From: an uncultured Acidobacteriota bacterium
GTDB taxonomy: Bacteria > Acidobacteriota > Vicinamibacteria > Vicinamibacterales > 2-12-FULL-66-21
Assembly (NCBI GenBank): GCA_963847125.1
Contig: CAWJYM010000004.1
Location: 3,309,663 to 3,373,662 of the forward strand
Length of the DNA stretch: 64,000 nucleotides
Direction: 5' to 3'
A program made the translations under genes and the position numbers. The notes beneath the pieces were generated by a model. The model did not search any database. It was given only the letters and a program-made list of their open reading frames with translations, and was not told where the DNA came from. Below are positions 38,128-46,826 of the stretch, one piece after another. How positions within the stretch are numbered: the stretch's first letter is position 1; every line of letters begins with the position of its first letter.

Positions 38128-39269
38128 TTCCCGATCCGCTCGATGCCAGGCTCGGCCACGTCGCGGAGGCCAGGCGCGGCGGCCCGCGCCGGTGGACGAG
38201 GATCCGGCTGGCGCTGGGGTTGTCCCCGACGCCGGCCCCGGGGCTCGTGCTCCTGCCATTGGGAGTGGCGCTGGGACCATACGGTCTGGGACTCCTCTCG
38301 CCCGGCGTCCTGTCGTACCTGGATCCCGCCGTCTCGGTGGCGATCGCGACGCTGGGCGTCTTCGTCGGGCTTGGTCTGGATGCGAGGCGACCGTATGAAG
38401 GTCGCCTGCTGGCGGCCGCCAGCGTCGAGGGTGCGTTCACGATTACCCTCGTGGGCGCCGGCGTGCTCCTGGCGCTCCGCCTGGCACACGTCGAGGTCGG
38501 TCTCCCGCAGTGGCTCGCCGCGCTCCTCATCGGCATCTGCGCCGCTTCGTCATCGACGGCGGCGATTGAGGGTCCGGATCGTCCCGGCGTGCAGGTCGCG
38601 CGCATCGGCGATCTCGATGACGTATTGCCGATCGTCCTCGGCGCCGTGGCGCTCGCGTCGCTGCGCGAGCTCGAGCAGGGGGCGCTCGCGCTGCTCGCCG
38701 TGCAGTCTGCCGTCATCGCGCTCGCCATCGCGTTCGCCGGGTGGCTGCTCGTGTCCCAGGCCACGTCAGAAAGCGAGCAGCGCGTATTTGCGGTTGGCAC
38801 GCTGCTGCTTCTGGGCGGCACCGTGGAGTATCTGTCTTTGTCGGGGTTGCTGGCCGGCCTCGTCGCCGGTGCTCTGTGGAACGCGGCCGGCGGTCCCGGG
38901 CGGGACCGGCTCGAGCGCGACGTGCGTCACGTGCAGCACCCGCTCGTCGTCCTGCTCGTCCTCGTTGCCGGCGCCCGCGTCGGCGTCTGGCCCGGTCTCG
39001 CGCTGCTCGTGTCGGTCTACCTGCTCTTCCGGATCGCGGGCAAGATGGCCGGCGGCTGGATCGCCAGGCGCATCGCGGGGAGCGACGTACCGCCTGGTCT
39101 GGGGCTCTACCTCGTGTCGCCCGGCGTGCTCGCGATCGCGTTCGGTCTCAACGCGATCCAGGCCGCCGGGCCGGATCGCGCCGGGATCGTCCTCGCGGTC
39201 GCGGTCGCCGGGTCGCTCGGCTCGGCGGTGATCTCGCACTTCGTCCATCCGCGGGAGGCGCGGCTGTGA
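38124..39269 (+). CDS. Cation/proton-antiporter-like (Na+/H+ exchanger family) membrane protein
   Basis: It is polytopic and hydrophobic, with a CPA-like N-terminus (LLPLGVALGPYGLGLLSP...DPAVSVAIATLGVFVGLGLD). The start forms an ATGA overlap with the upstream gene. Confidence 0.72.
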   Translation: MIPDPLDARLGHVAEARRGGPRRWTRIRLALGLSPTPAPGLVLLPLGVALGPYGLGLLSPGVLSYLDPAVSVAIATLGVFVGLGLDARRPYEGRLLAAASVEGAFTITLVGAGVLLALRLAHVEVGLPQWLAALLIGICAASSSTAAIEGPDRPGVQVARIGDLDDVLPIVLGAVALASLRELEQGALALLAVQSAVIALAIAFAGWLLVSQATSESEQRVFAVGTLLLLGGTVEYLSLSGLLAGLVAGALWNAAGGPGRDRLERDVRHVQHPLVVLLVLVAGARVGVWPGLALLVSVYLLFRIAGKMAGGWIARRIAGSDVPPGLGLYLVSPGVLAIAFGLNAIQAAGPDRAGIVLAVAVAGSLGSAVISHFVHPREARL

Positions 39270-42019
39270 GGCGCGCGCTCGCCGTCGCACTCGTCATCGC
39301 CGCGATTGTGTGGGTCCGGCAGATCGGCTCGATGGAACCGGATCCGCGGAGCACCGCCCTCGCGATCGGGCTCACGCTCGTTCTGGCGTCGGTGGCCGGC
39401 GACCTGCTGCGCCGCTTCCGCCTGCCGCGCCTGACGGGCTACCTGCTGTTCGGCCTCGTGGTCGGCCCCTATCTCGCGAACCTGATCACCGAGCCGATGG
39501 TGCGCCAGCTTCAAGCGATCAACGGCATCGCGACGACGCTGATTGCGTTCATTGCGGGGCTCACGCTGAACCTGGAGCGTCTCGGCCGCCGCCTGGCGGG
39601 GATCGCGAAGCTGACGCTGACGATCATCGCGATTGCCATGAGCGGGCTGTTCGCGCTTGCCTGGCTCGCCTGGCCGTGGCTGCCGGTCGCCCCGGACGCC
39701 GCGGGACTGCCAAAGCTCGCGATGACCGTCCTTCTCGTGATTATCGTCGTCAGTTTCTCCCCGACGATGACCGCGGCGGTCATCTCCGAAACGGGAGCGC
39801 GCGGCCGGTTGAGCGATCTCGTCCTTGCGATCGTCGTGTTCGCGGATCTCGTCCTCCTCGTCCTGTTCTCGCTGTCGATGCAGCTTGCGCGGACCGCGTT
39901 CGGGGCGCCGGGCGAAGACGTCAACGTCCTGATGCGGCTGGCGTGGGAAATCGGCGGCGCCGCGGCGTTCGGCAGCCTCGTCGGGGCGCTCTTCGCCCTT
40001 TACCTGAAGTACATCGGGCGCGAGATTACGCTCGTGCTCATAGCGGTCTGCGCGCTGCTCAGCCAGGTCGGCTTCACCCAGGGTCTCGAGCCCCTGCTCG
40101 CGGCGATGGCGGCCGGCATCGTGATCGAGAACCTTGCGGTCGCGCAGGGGGACGCGCTCAAGGCTGCGGTTCAGCGCGGCGCGCTTCCGGTGCTCGTGGT
40201 GTTTTTCGTCGCGGTCGGCTCATCGCTGCAGCTCGAGGTGCTCGCCGCGCTCGGCTTCGTCGCCGTCGGCCTGGCGTCCGCGCGGCTCTTGTTGATTTAT
40301 CTCGGCGTGCGCGTCGGAATTCGATTCGCCGACGTCGAGCGCTCCTCGGCGAAGTATGCCTGGACGGGTCTCCTCTCGCAGGCGGGTGTCACGCTTGGGT
40401 TGGCCTCGGTCGTCGCCGCGGACTTTCCCGGCTGGGGCCTCCAGATTCAGATGCTGCTGGTCGCGCTGATCGTCATCCACGAGCTGATCGGCCCCGTCCT
40501 CTTCAGGCTCGGGCTGGCGCAGGCCGGCGAGATCGACGCGAGCGCGCCGCGGCCCCTGATCGTGGTCTCGAACCGGGAGCCCTATCTGCACAACTACGAT
40601 CAGACAGGTCGCGTCACGCACACGGCCGCAACGGGGGGCGTTGCCGTGGCGCTCGACGCGCTCATGCGCGAGCGCGGCGGCGTCTGGATCGCGCACGGCG
40701 CCGGCCGCGCCGATCGGGATGTCGTCGACGCCTCCGACAAGGTGCGCGTGCCTCCGGACAGCGCCTCGTACGATCTGCGTCGTCTGTGGCTGGAGGACCG
40801 TGAGTTCTCGGCGTATTACGCAGGATTCGCCAACGAGGGCCTCTGGCCGCTCTGTCACCTCGTCGACGTGCGTCCGGTGTTTCGCCCCGAGGACTGGTCG
40901 GCATACCAGTCGGTGAACGCGCGCTTCGCCGCGGCGATCGACGAGGAACTGGCGTCGTTCGAGACGCCGGTGTTCATCCAGGACTATCACCTCGCGCTCG
41001 TCGCGCCGCGCCTCCGCGAGCGCCGGCCGGCCGTTCGCACGGCGCTCTTCTGGCACATCCCGTGGCCCTACCCGGATCGCCTGCGCATCTGTCCGTGGCG
41101 GCGCGAGCTTCTCACCGGCCTTCTCGCGAACGACCTCCTCGCGTTCCAGCTCGAGCGGGATCGCCGGAACTTCGTCGCGGCGGCCGAGGAGGAGCTCGAC
41201 GCCGAGATCGAAGCGAACGGCGCGATCGTGCGCTTCGAGGGCCGGCCCACCACGGCCGTGTCGGTGCCGATCGGGGTCGACTACGATCGTATCCAGTCGG
41301 CGGCCGCCGATCCCGCGCTCGCAGACGAACAGCGGAGGCTCGCGCAGGCATTCGGGCTGGGCGCGCCGATTCTTGGCCTCGGCGTCGACCGGCTCGACTA
41401 CACGAAGGGCATCCCCGAGCGCCTCGCCGCGCTGGACCTCCTGCTGACCATGCGGCCGGAGCTGAGCGGCCGGTTGACCTTCGTGCAGATTGCCGTCCCC
41501 TCGCGGTCGGAGCTCGAGAGCTACAGCGCGATCGCCTCGGAGATCGCCAGGCGTGTCGCGGACATCAACGCCCGCCACGCCAAGCCCGGCCTGCCGCCGC
41601 CCGTCTACTACCACAAGGGCGCGCTCACCATGCCGAGCCTGGTGGCGCTCTACCGGCTGGCGCAGTTCTGCGTCGTCAGCTCGCTGCACGACGGGATGAA
41701 TCTGGTCGCGAAGGAGTTCGTGGCGGCGCGGGACGACGAGGATGGCGTCCTGGTCCTGAGCGGCCTGGCGGGCGCAGCGCACGAGCTGCGGGATGCGCTG
41801 ATCATCAACCCGTACGACATCGAGGACTTCGCCAACGCGCTGACCCGCGCCCTGGACATGCAACCCGACGAGCGGCGTGCCCGGATGCGCGCGATGCGGC
41901 GCGTCGTCGCCGGCCGCAACGTGTTCGGCTGGGCGTCGGAGATCCTGGAAGGATTGGAGAGCATCTGGACCAAGCCGCTGCAGTACGCGGCGCGGGCGCC
42001 GGAGGACGCGCCGGTCTAA
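39266..42019 (+). CDS. otsA: Fusion protein: cation/proton-antiporter-like membrane domain + trehalose-6-phosphate synthase (GT20)
   Basis: The GTG start 39266 (GTGA overlap) gives 917 aa. The first ~430 aa are CPA-like (LTGYLLFGLVVGPYLANL...AFIAGLTLNLERL). From ~40553 there is a full OtsA domain (LIVVSNREPY, GLWPLCH, IQDYHL, VDRLDYTKGIPERL, SLHDGMNLVAKEF, LIINPYD). The 1092-aa ORF in the track is an upstream extension. Confidence 0.85.
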   Translation: MRRALAVALVIAAIVWVRQIGSMEPDPRSTALAIGLTLVLASVAGDLLRRFRLPRLTGYLLFGLVVGPYLANLITEPMVRQLQAINGIATTLIAFIAGLTLNLERLGRRLAGIAKLTLTIIAIAMSGLFALAWLAWPWLPVAPDAAGLPKLAMTVLLVIIVVSFSPTMTAAVISETGARGRLSDLVLAIVVFADLVLLVLFSLSMQLARTAFGAPGEDVNVLMRLAWEIGGAAAFGSLVGALFALYLKYIGREITLVLIAVCALLSQVGFTQGLEPLLAAMAAGIVIENLAVAQGDALKAAVQRGALPVLVVFFVAVGSSLQLEVLAALGFVAVGLASARLLLIYLGVRVGIRFADVERSSAKYAWTGLLSQAGVTLGLASVVAADFPGWGLQIQMLLVALIVIHELIGPVLFRLGLAQAGEIDASAPRPLIVVSNREPYLHNYDQTGRVTHTAATGGVAVALDALMRERGGVWIAHGAGRADRDVVDASDKVRVPPDSASYDLRRLWLEDREFSAYYAGFANEGLWPLCHLVDVRPVFRPEDWSAYQSVNARFAAAIDEELASFETPVFIQDYHLALVAPRLRERRPAVRTALFWHIPWPYPDRLRICPWRRELLTGLLANDLLAFQLERDRRNFVAAAEEELDAEIEANGAIVRFEGRPTTAVSVPIGVDYDRIQSAAADPALADEQRRLAQAFGLGAPILGLGVDRLDYTKGIPERLAALDLLLTMRPELSGRLTFVQIAVPSRSELESYSAIASEIARRVADINARHAKPGLPPPVYYHKGALTMPSLVALYRLAQFCVVSSLHDGMNLVAKEFVAARDDEDGVLVLSGLAGAAHELRDALIINPYDIEDFANALTRALDMQPDERRARMRAMRRVVAGRNVFGWASEILEGLESIWTKPLQYAARAPEDAPV

Positions 42020-42109
42020 CTCCCTAACAGCCCGTGGCTAAAGTCCTCGATAGGGACCCAACACGGGTCTCTTTCGCCCGTTCGGTCCATCAGCGCATGC
42101 GCGCCGGAT

Positions 42110-43036
42110 TCACTGCTGTAATGTGGCCGCGAACGCGCGCACTTCACGAAGAACGTCGGCTTCGTTCGACAAGAACATAAACAGATTGGCGTCGGGGAGC
42201 TCGACAATCCGCGCGGTGGGAACGCCGGCGAGCAAGTCGCGCTGCCATTTCGAGAGCCGCGCCCGTTTGCCCGCATAGGCCTGGTTCAATGCCGCACGCT
42301 GTTCCTCATGTATCGGCGGATAATCTTTGAGGGTCTGTTCCATCGTTTCGGTTCGATAGATCGCGAGAACGGGGACGCGGATTCGCGCGTAGTCAGGCCG
42401 GACCTTGTTGTCGTCGACGATTGCCTTTCGAATTGCGGGGTCGAGCGGCCACTCGGCCATCTGACGTCGTTCGCCCTCCGGAAACGTGACCGGTACTGAC
42501 TTGCCCACCTTGGCAGGCATGTGCGCTAGGACCTGCGCCACATCGACTGAAGCGAGGCCGTAATCCGCCATGGAGAGCGTCGGGTCCTCGGCGGCATCAA
42601 GGTAGACGAGGCCGCCCAAGCGATCAGGATGTTGGGCGCCGAGGGTGTGCAAAATATCGCCGCCACACGAGTTCCCGATGAGAATTGGCTTCTGCATGCC
42701 GACCGCGCCGATCACCTCGAGGATGTCGTCGGCCCTGCGCTGCGGATCGTATCCCGTCGCAGGGTGATCCGAGGCGCCGACGCCGCGCCGGGTGACGGCG
42801 TACACGCGAAACCGATCGGTCAGCTTCGGCGCGATGTTGTCGTAGACATGTCCAGTGACGTAGCAACCCACAAACAGAATCGGTCGTCCGGTTCCGCCCC
42901 AATCCAGCACTTCCAATCGAACGGACGACTCGACCGTGACGAACCGCACTTGGTGAAGCGACGGATCACGCCAGGTCGTGCCCGACTGCGCAGCGAGCAA
43001 ATAGAGTCCCACGATCAGCGATGTCGCAGAATCCAT
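42110..43036 (-). CDS. Alpha/beta hydrolase
   Basis: VLDWGGTGRPILFV and the nucleophile elbow GNSCGG are present. The length is typical, with a signal-like N-terminus. Confidence 0.8.
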   Translation of the reverse strand: MDSATSLIVGLYLLAAQSGTTWRDPSLHQVRFVTVESSVRLEVLDWGGTGRPILFVGCYVTGHVYDNIAPKLTDRFRVYAVTRRGVGASDHPATGYDPQRRADDILEVIGAVGMQKPILIGNSCGGDILHTLGAQHPDRLGGLVYLDAAEDPTLSMADYGLASVDVAQVLAHMPAKVGKSVPVTFPEGERRQMAEWPLDPAIRKAIVDDNKVRPDYARIRVPVLAIYRTETMEQTLKDYPPIHEEQRAALNQAYAGKRARLSKWQRDLLAGVPTARIVELPDANLFMFLSNEADVLREVRAFAATLQQ

Positions 43037-43071
43037 GCGGCGGATTATAGCGGCGCCTTAGAAGGAGCCCT

Positions 43072-43767
43072 TTAGCTACGGGTTGCTAGGCCATCCGAGA
43101 GCAGCCGTTCGACCACTTCGATCACGCCTGCGCCGGCGGAACCGCCGGTCACGAGGCGCGCGCGACTCTTGAGGGCCGGGATCGCGTTGGCGACCGCAAC
43201 GCCGTAGCCGCACGCCTCCAGAAATGCGTGATCGTTCTCGGCGTCTCCCATGCCGACCACGCTGGCCGCCGGCAACTTCAGGGCGGAGAGCGCGTGACGA
43301 AGCCCGGTGGCCTTGTTGACGCCCGACGGCAGGATCATCACGGCGCCCTTGTTGAAAATGATCTCGAGCTCGAGCCCGAGCTCGCGAATGGCTTCCAGCA
43401 CGCGCGCCTCCTGAGGCTCTCTGGTCGCGACGATCACGCGACCGACGGAGAGCGGGACGACGTTCTTCTGCCGGAGGAGGTCGAGGAATGGCCCGCTCGG
43501 CGCCTCGCCGAGCGTTCGCTCGTCGCCGGTGTCGGGTCGATGCAGCAGTCCGCCGTTCTCCGCGACAACGCGATCGAAGATCGCGAGCGCCGGGCAGACC
43601 CGCTTCAGATCGTCGAGCTCGCGGCCGGTCACGAGGAGAAGCCGGAAGCCGGAGTCCTTCAACCGGTTCAGCGCGTCGAGGACGGCGGGGTCTACGCTGC
43701 CTCCGGTGGCCAGCGTGTCGTCGTAGTCGACGGCGAGCGCGCGAAACCGATTCGAGTTGAGTGTCAT
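43072..43767 (-). CDS. HAD-IIB family phosphatase (candidate sugar-phosphate phosphatase)
   Basis: HAD motif I (AVDYDDTL), VTGR, and motif IV (GMGDAENDHAFL) are present. Confidence 0.8.
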   Translation of the reverse strand: MTLNSNRFRALAVDYDDTLATGGSVDPAVLDALNRLKDSGFRLLLVTGRELDDLKRVCPALAIFDRVVAENGGLLHRPDTGDERTLGEAPSGPFLDLLRQKNVVPLSVGRVIVATREPQEARVLEAIRELGLELEIIFNKGAVMILPSGVNKATGLRHALSALKLPAASVVGMGDAENDHAFLEACGYGVAVANAIPALKSRARLVTGGSAGAGVIEVVERLLSDGLATRS

Positions 43768-43838
43768 GGAATGTCCGGCGAGTGCGGCCTGAGGCCATCA
43801 CTCATGGCATGATTGCAACTACTCCAAGGATATACCGC

Positions 43839-45284
43839 ATGAAGAAAGCGCTCGTCCTGTCCACCGCGGCTGTCGCCCTGTTCGCCGGCCTGCTCGAAGC
43901 TCAGCCAGGTCGGTTCGACCTGGTGCTGCGCGGCGGGCGGGTCATCGATCCCGCATCGGGCCTCGACGACGTGCGCAACGTCGCGATCCGGGACGGGCGG
44001 ATCGCCGCGATCTCGAGACGGCCGCTCGACGCCCGCGAGGTCGTGGATGTCAGCGGCCTGGTTGTCGCGCCGGGGTTCATCGACCTTCACGCACACGGCC
44101 AGGACCCCGAGAGCAGCAAGTGGCAGGCGCACGATGGCGTCACGACCGCACTCGAGCTCGAGGGCGGGACGCTGCAGGTGGCCGACTGGTATGCGGCGCG
44201 TGCCGGAAAGGCCCGTCTCAACTTCGGAGCGACCGCCTCGCACGTGCAGGCGCGCGGCGCGCGGCTGCTCGAATCGAGCGCACCCCAGGGGCCGGGCGTC
44301 TACCAGGGCGCGACGCCTGAGCAGCTGGCCGAGATCGAGAAGCGACTCCGCCAGGGCCTTGCGGAGGGCGCGCTCGGGATCGGGATGGGCCTCGCGTACA
44401 CGCCGGGCGCCACGCGCGAGGAGTCCTGGCGCGTGTTCAAGGTCGCAGCCGAGAAGGACGTTTCGATCTTCGTGCACGTGCGGTACGCGGGGATGGTCGA
44501 GCCGGGCAGCAGCATCGAGGCCATCCATGAAGTGATCGGCAACGCGGCCGGCAGCGGCGCGAACGTCCATATCGTGCACATCGGAAGCAGCGGCCTTCGG
44601 CAGACGGCGATCCTGCTCGACATGATCGACGGCGCGCGGCGCACGGGCGTGAAGGTGACGACCGAGGTCTATCCGTACACGGCGGCCTCGACGAACATCA
44701 AAGCCGCGATATTCGATCCCGGTTGGCGCGAGCGGCTCGGCGCCGACTACGGGGATATCGAGTGGGTCGCGACGGGGCAGCGCCTCAGTGAGCAGAGCTG
44801 GGAGGAGCACCGCGCGAAGGGCGGCATGATCATCGCGCACATCATCCCGGAGGAAGCGGTCGACCTCGCCGTCGCGCGGCCGGGCGTGATCATCGCGAGC
44901 GACGGCGTGCCGTTCACCGACGGCCGCGCGCACCCGAGGGGCGCAGGGACGTTCGCGCGCGTGCTGGGCCGCTACGTGCGCGACAAGCAGGCGCTGACCC
45001 TGATCGAGGCGCTGCGCAAGATGACGGTCCTGCCGGCGCAGCGCCTCGAGCGTGTGGCTCCGCAGATGTTGAAAAAGGGACGTCTCGCCGAGGGAATGGA
45101 CGCGGACATCACCGTCTTCGACGCCGCCACGGTCGTCGATCGGGCCACGTTCGCCGAGCCGGCGCAGGCGTCGGCCGGGATCCCGCACGTCATCGTCAAC
45201 GGGACGTTTGTCGTGCGGGACGGCAAGTTGATCGACGACGCGCGCCCGGGGCGCGCGATCCGGCGGCCCGTCGCCGGGTCGTGA
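43839..45284 (+). CDS. D-aminoacylase-like amidohydrolase (secreted)
   Basis: ATG 43839 gives the signal peptide MKKALVLSTAAVALFAGLLEA. Amidohydrolase blocks are present (GGRVIDPASG, APGFIDLHAHG, HIVHIGS). Confidence 0.8.
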   Translation: MKKALVLSTAAVALFAGLLEAQPGRFDLVLRGGRVIDPASGLDDVRNVAIRDGRIAAISRRPLDAREVVDVSGLVVAPGFIDLHAHGQDPESSKWQAHDGVTTALELEGGTLQVADWYAARAGKARLNFGATASHVQARGARLLESSAPQGPGVYQGATPEQLAEIEKRLRQGLAEGALGIGMGLAYTPGATREESWRVFKVAAEKDVSIFVHVRYAGMVEPGSSIEAIHEVIGNAAGSGANVHIVHIGSSGLRQTAILLDMIDGARRTGVKVTTEVYPYTAASTNIKAAIFDPGWRERLGADYGDIEWVATGQRLSEQSWEEHRAKGGMIIAHIIPEEAVDLAVARPGVIIASDGVPFTDGRAHPRGAGTFARVLGRYVRDKQALTLIEALRKMTVLPAQRLERVAPQMLKKGRLAEGMDADITVFDAATVVDRATFAEPAQASAGIPHVIVNGTFVVRDGKLIDDARPGRAIRRPVAGS

Positions 45285-45288
45285 GCCG

Positions 45289-45307
45289 ACGACGAACCGC
45301 TTTCGTC
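45289..45307 (+). terminator. Possible stem-loop terminator after the amidohydrolase gene
   Basis: CGACGAA-ccgct-TTCGTCG (7-bp stem) begins 5 nt after the stop. There is no clear U-tract. Confidence 0.35.
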
Positions 45308-45452
45308 GAGCTGGTCGGTACACGCCTCTACGAATTAATCGGAGCGTGGCGAGAAACCTGCAATGTTGCGAGATTGAATGGCCGTGCTGCTCCAGCTAGT
45401 AGCCCGACAGCTGGAGTTAATCCACAGCCGCAGACAGCAGGTGACGTGAAGA

Positions 45453-46775
45453 ATGACTGCCTCAAAGTTTCAGTCGTTTGTGATGCTCATCGCCACGGCC
45501 AGCGCTGTCGCCGCATGCGGTGCGACGGCGCAGCTCCCCGTCAACGACGGCACGGGCCCCAACCCGACGCTGCCGAAGCCGAACCGCTCGCTCATCCCGA
45601 CCGTGCACGTGGTAACGGCGAAAGGCTGGTCCGATGGCGAACGGCCGGTCGCGGCTGAGGGAACGACGGTCGCCGCGTTCGCGCGCGGACTCGACCATCC
45701 GCGCTGGTTGCATGTCCTTCCGAACGGCGATGTCCTCGTCGCCGAGACGAATGCTCCACCGCGCCCGGAGGACGCCAAAGGGATCAAGGGCTGGTTCTTC
45801 AAGCGCTACCAGAAGAAGGCAGGCGGCGCGGTGCCGAGCGCGAACCGCATCACGCTGCTTCGCGACGCGGACGGCGACGGCGTCGCGGAAACCCGCACGG
45901 CGTTTCTGACCGGCCTCAACTCCCCCTTCGGCATGGCCCTCGTGGGAAACGTCCTCTACGTGGCGAATTCCGACGCCGTGGTCAAGGTCCCCTATGAGGA
46001 AGGCCAGACGCAGATCACTGCCACGCCGGCCAAGGTGGTGGACCTTCCAGGCGGCCCGCTCAATCACCACTGGACGAAGAGCCTCATCGCCTCTCCGGAT
46101 GGATCCAAGCTGTACGTCGGCGTTGGATCGAACAGCAACGTGGCGGAGCACGGCATGGACAAAGAGGAGGGACGCGCGGCGATCTGGGAGATCGATGCCC
46201 GAACCGGGACGCATCGCATTTTCGCTTCGGGCCTGCGGAACCCCGTCGGGATGGCGTGGGAACCGGAGAGCGGCGCGCTGTGGGTCGCCGTCAACGAGCG
46301 GGACGAGCTCGGCAGCGATCTGGTGCCCGACTACATGACCTCGGTTCAGGATGGCGGATTCTACGGCTGGCCGTACAGCTACTTCGGGTCTCACGTGGAC
46401 ACCCGGGTGGAGCCGCCGAGGCCAGACCTGGTCGCGAAGGCGATCGTGCCGGACTATGCGTTGGGTCCGCATACGGCGTCGCTCGGGCTGGCCTCCTCGC
46501 GCTCGGCGCGCCTGCCGGCGCGATTCAACCAGGGAATGTTCGTCGGTCAGCACGGCTCCTGGAACCGGAAACCGCGCAGCGGCTACAAGGTCGTGTTCGT
46601 TCCCTTCACGAACGGTCGCCCGTCCGGCGCGCTCGTCGACGTGGTGACCGGGTTCGTCAAGGAGAACGGCGACGCGATGGGCCGGCCGGTCGGCGTGGCG
46701 ATCGACACGCGCGGCGCCCTGCTCGTCGCCGACGATGTCGGCAACGCGGTGTGGCGCGTGAAGAGTGCACCTTGA
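45453..46775 (+). CDS. PQQ-dependent sugar (glucose/sorbosone) dehydrogenase, lipoprotein
   Basis: The lipobox is AVAACG. A beta-propeller SDH pattern is present (LPNGDVLVAE, GLRNPVGMAWEP, LWVAVNERDELG, GFYGWPY). Confidence 0.85.
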   Translation: MTASKFQSFVMLIATASAVAACGATAQLPVNDGTGPNPTLPKPNRSLIPTVHVVTAKGWSDGERPVAAEGTTVAAFARGLDHPRWLHVLPNGDVLVAETNAPPRPEDAKGIKGWFFKRYQKKAGGAVPSANRITLLRDADGDGVAETRTAFLTGLNSPFGMALVGNVLYVANSDAVVKVPYEEGQTQITATPAKVVDLPGGPLNHHWTKSLIASPDGSKLYVGVGSNSNVAEHGMDKEEGRAAIWEIDARTGTHRIFASGLRNPVGMAWEPESGALWVAVNERDELGSDLVPDYMTSVQDGGFYGWPYSYFGSHVDTRVEPPRPDLVAKAIVPDYALGPHTASLGLASSRSARLPARFNQGMFVGQHGSWNRKPRSGYKVVFVPFTNGRPSGALVDVVTGFVKENGDAMGRPVGVAIDTRGALLVADDVGNAVWRVKSAP

Positions 46776-46826
46776 CCCGTCACTGGCGTCCGAGTACAAG
46801 TTGTCCTCCAATCTGGAGGTGCGCTG

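Noticed and set aside
38741-39265. The N-terminal 175 codons of the 1092-aa ORF that precedes the CPA-OtsA fusion.
   Set aside because: This stretch lies entirely inside the upstream CPA-like gene in another frame and is Arg/Ala/Pro-rich. GTG 39266, which overlaps the upstream stop, begins a proper hydrophobic N-terminus.
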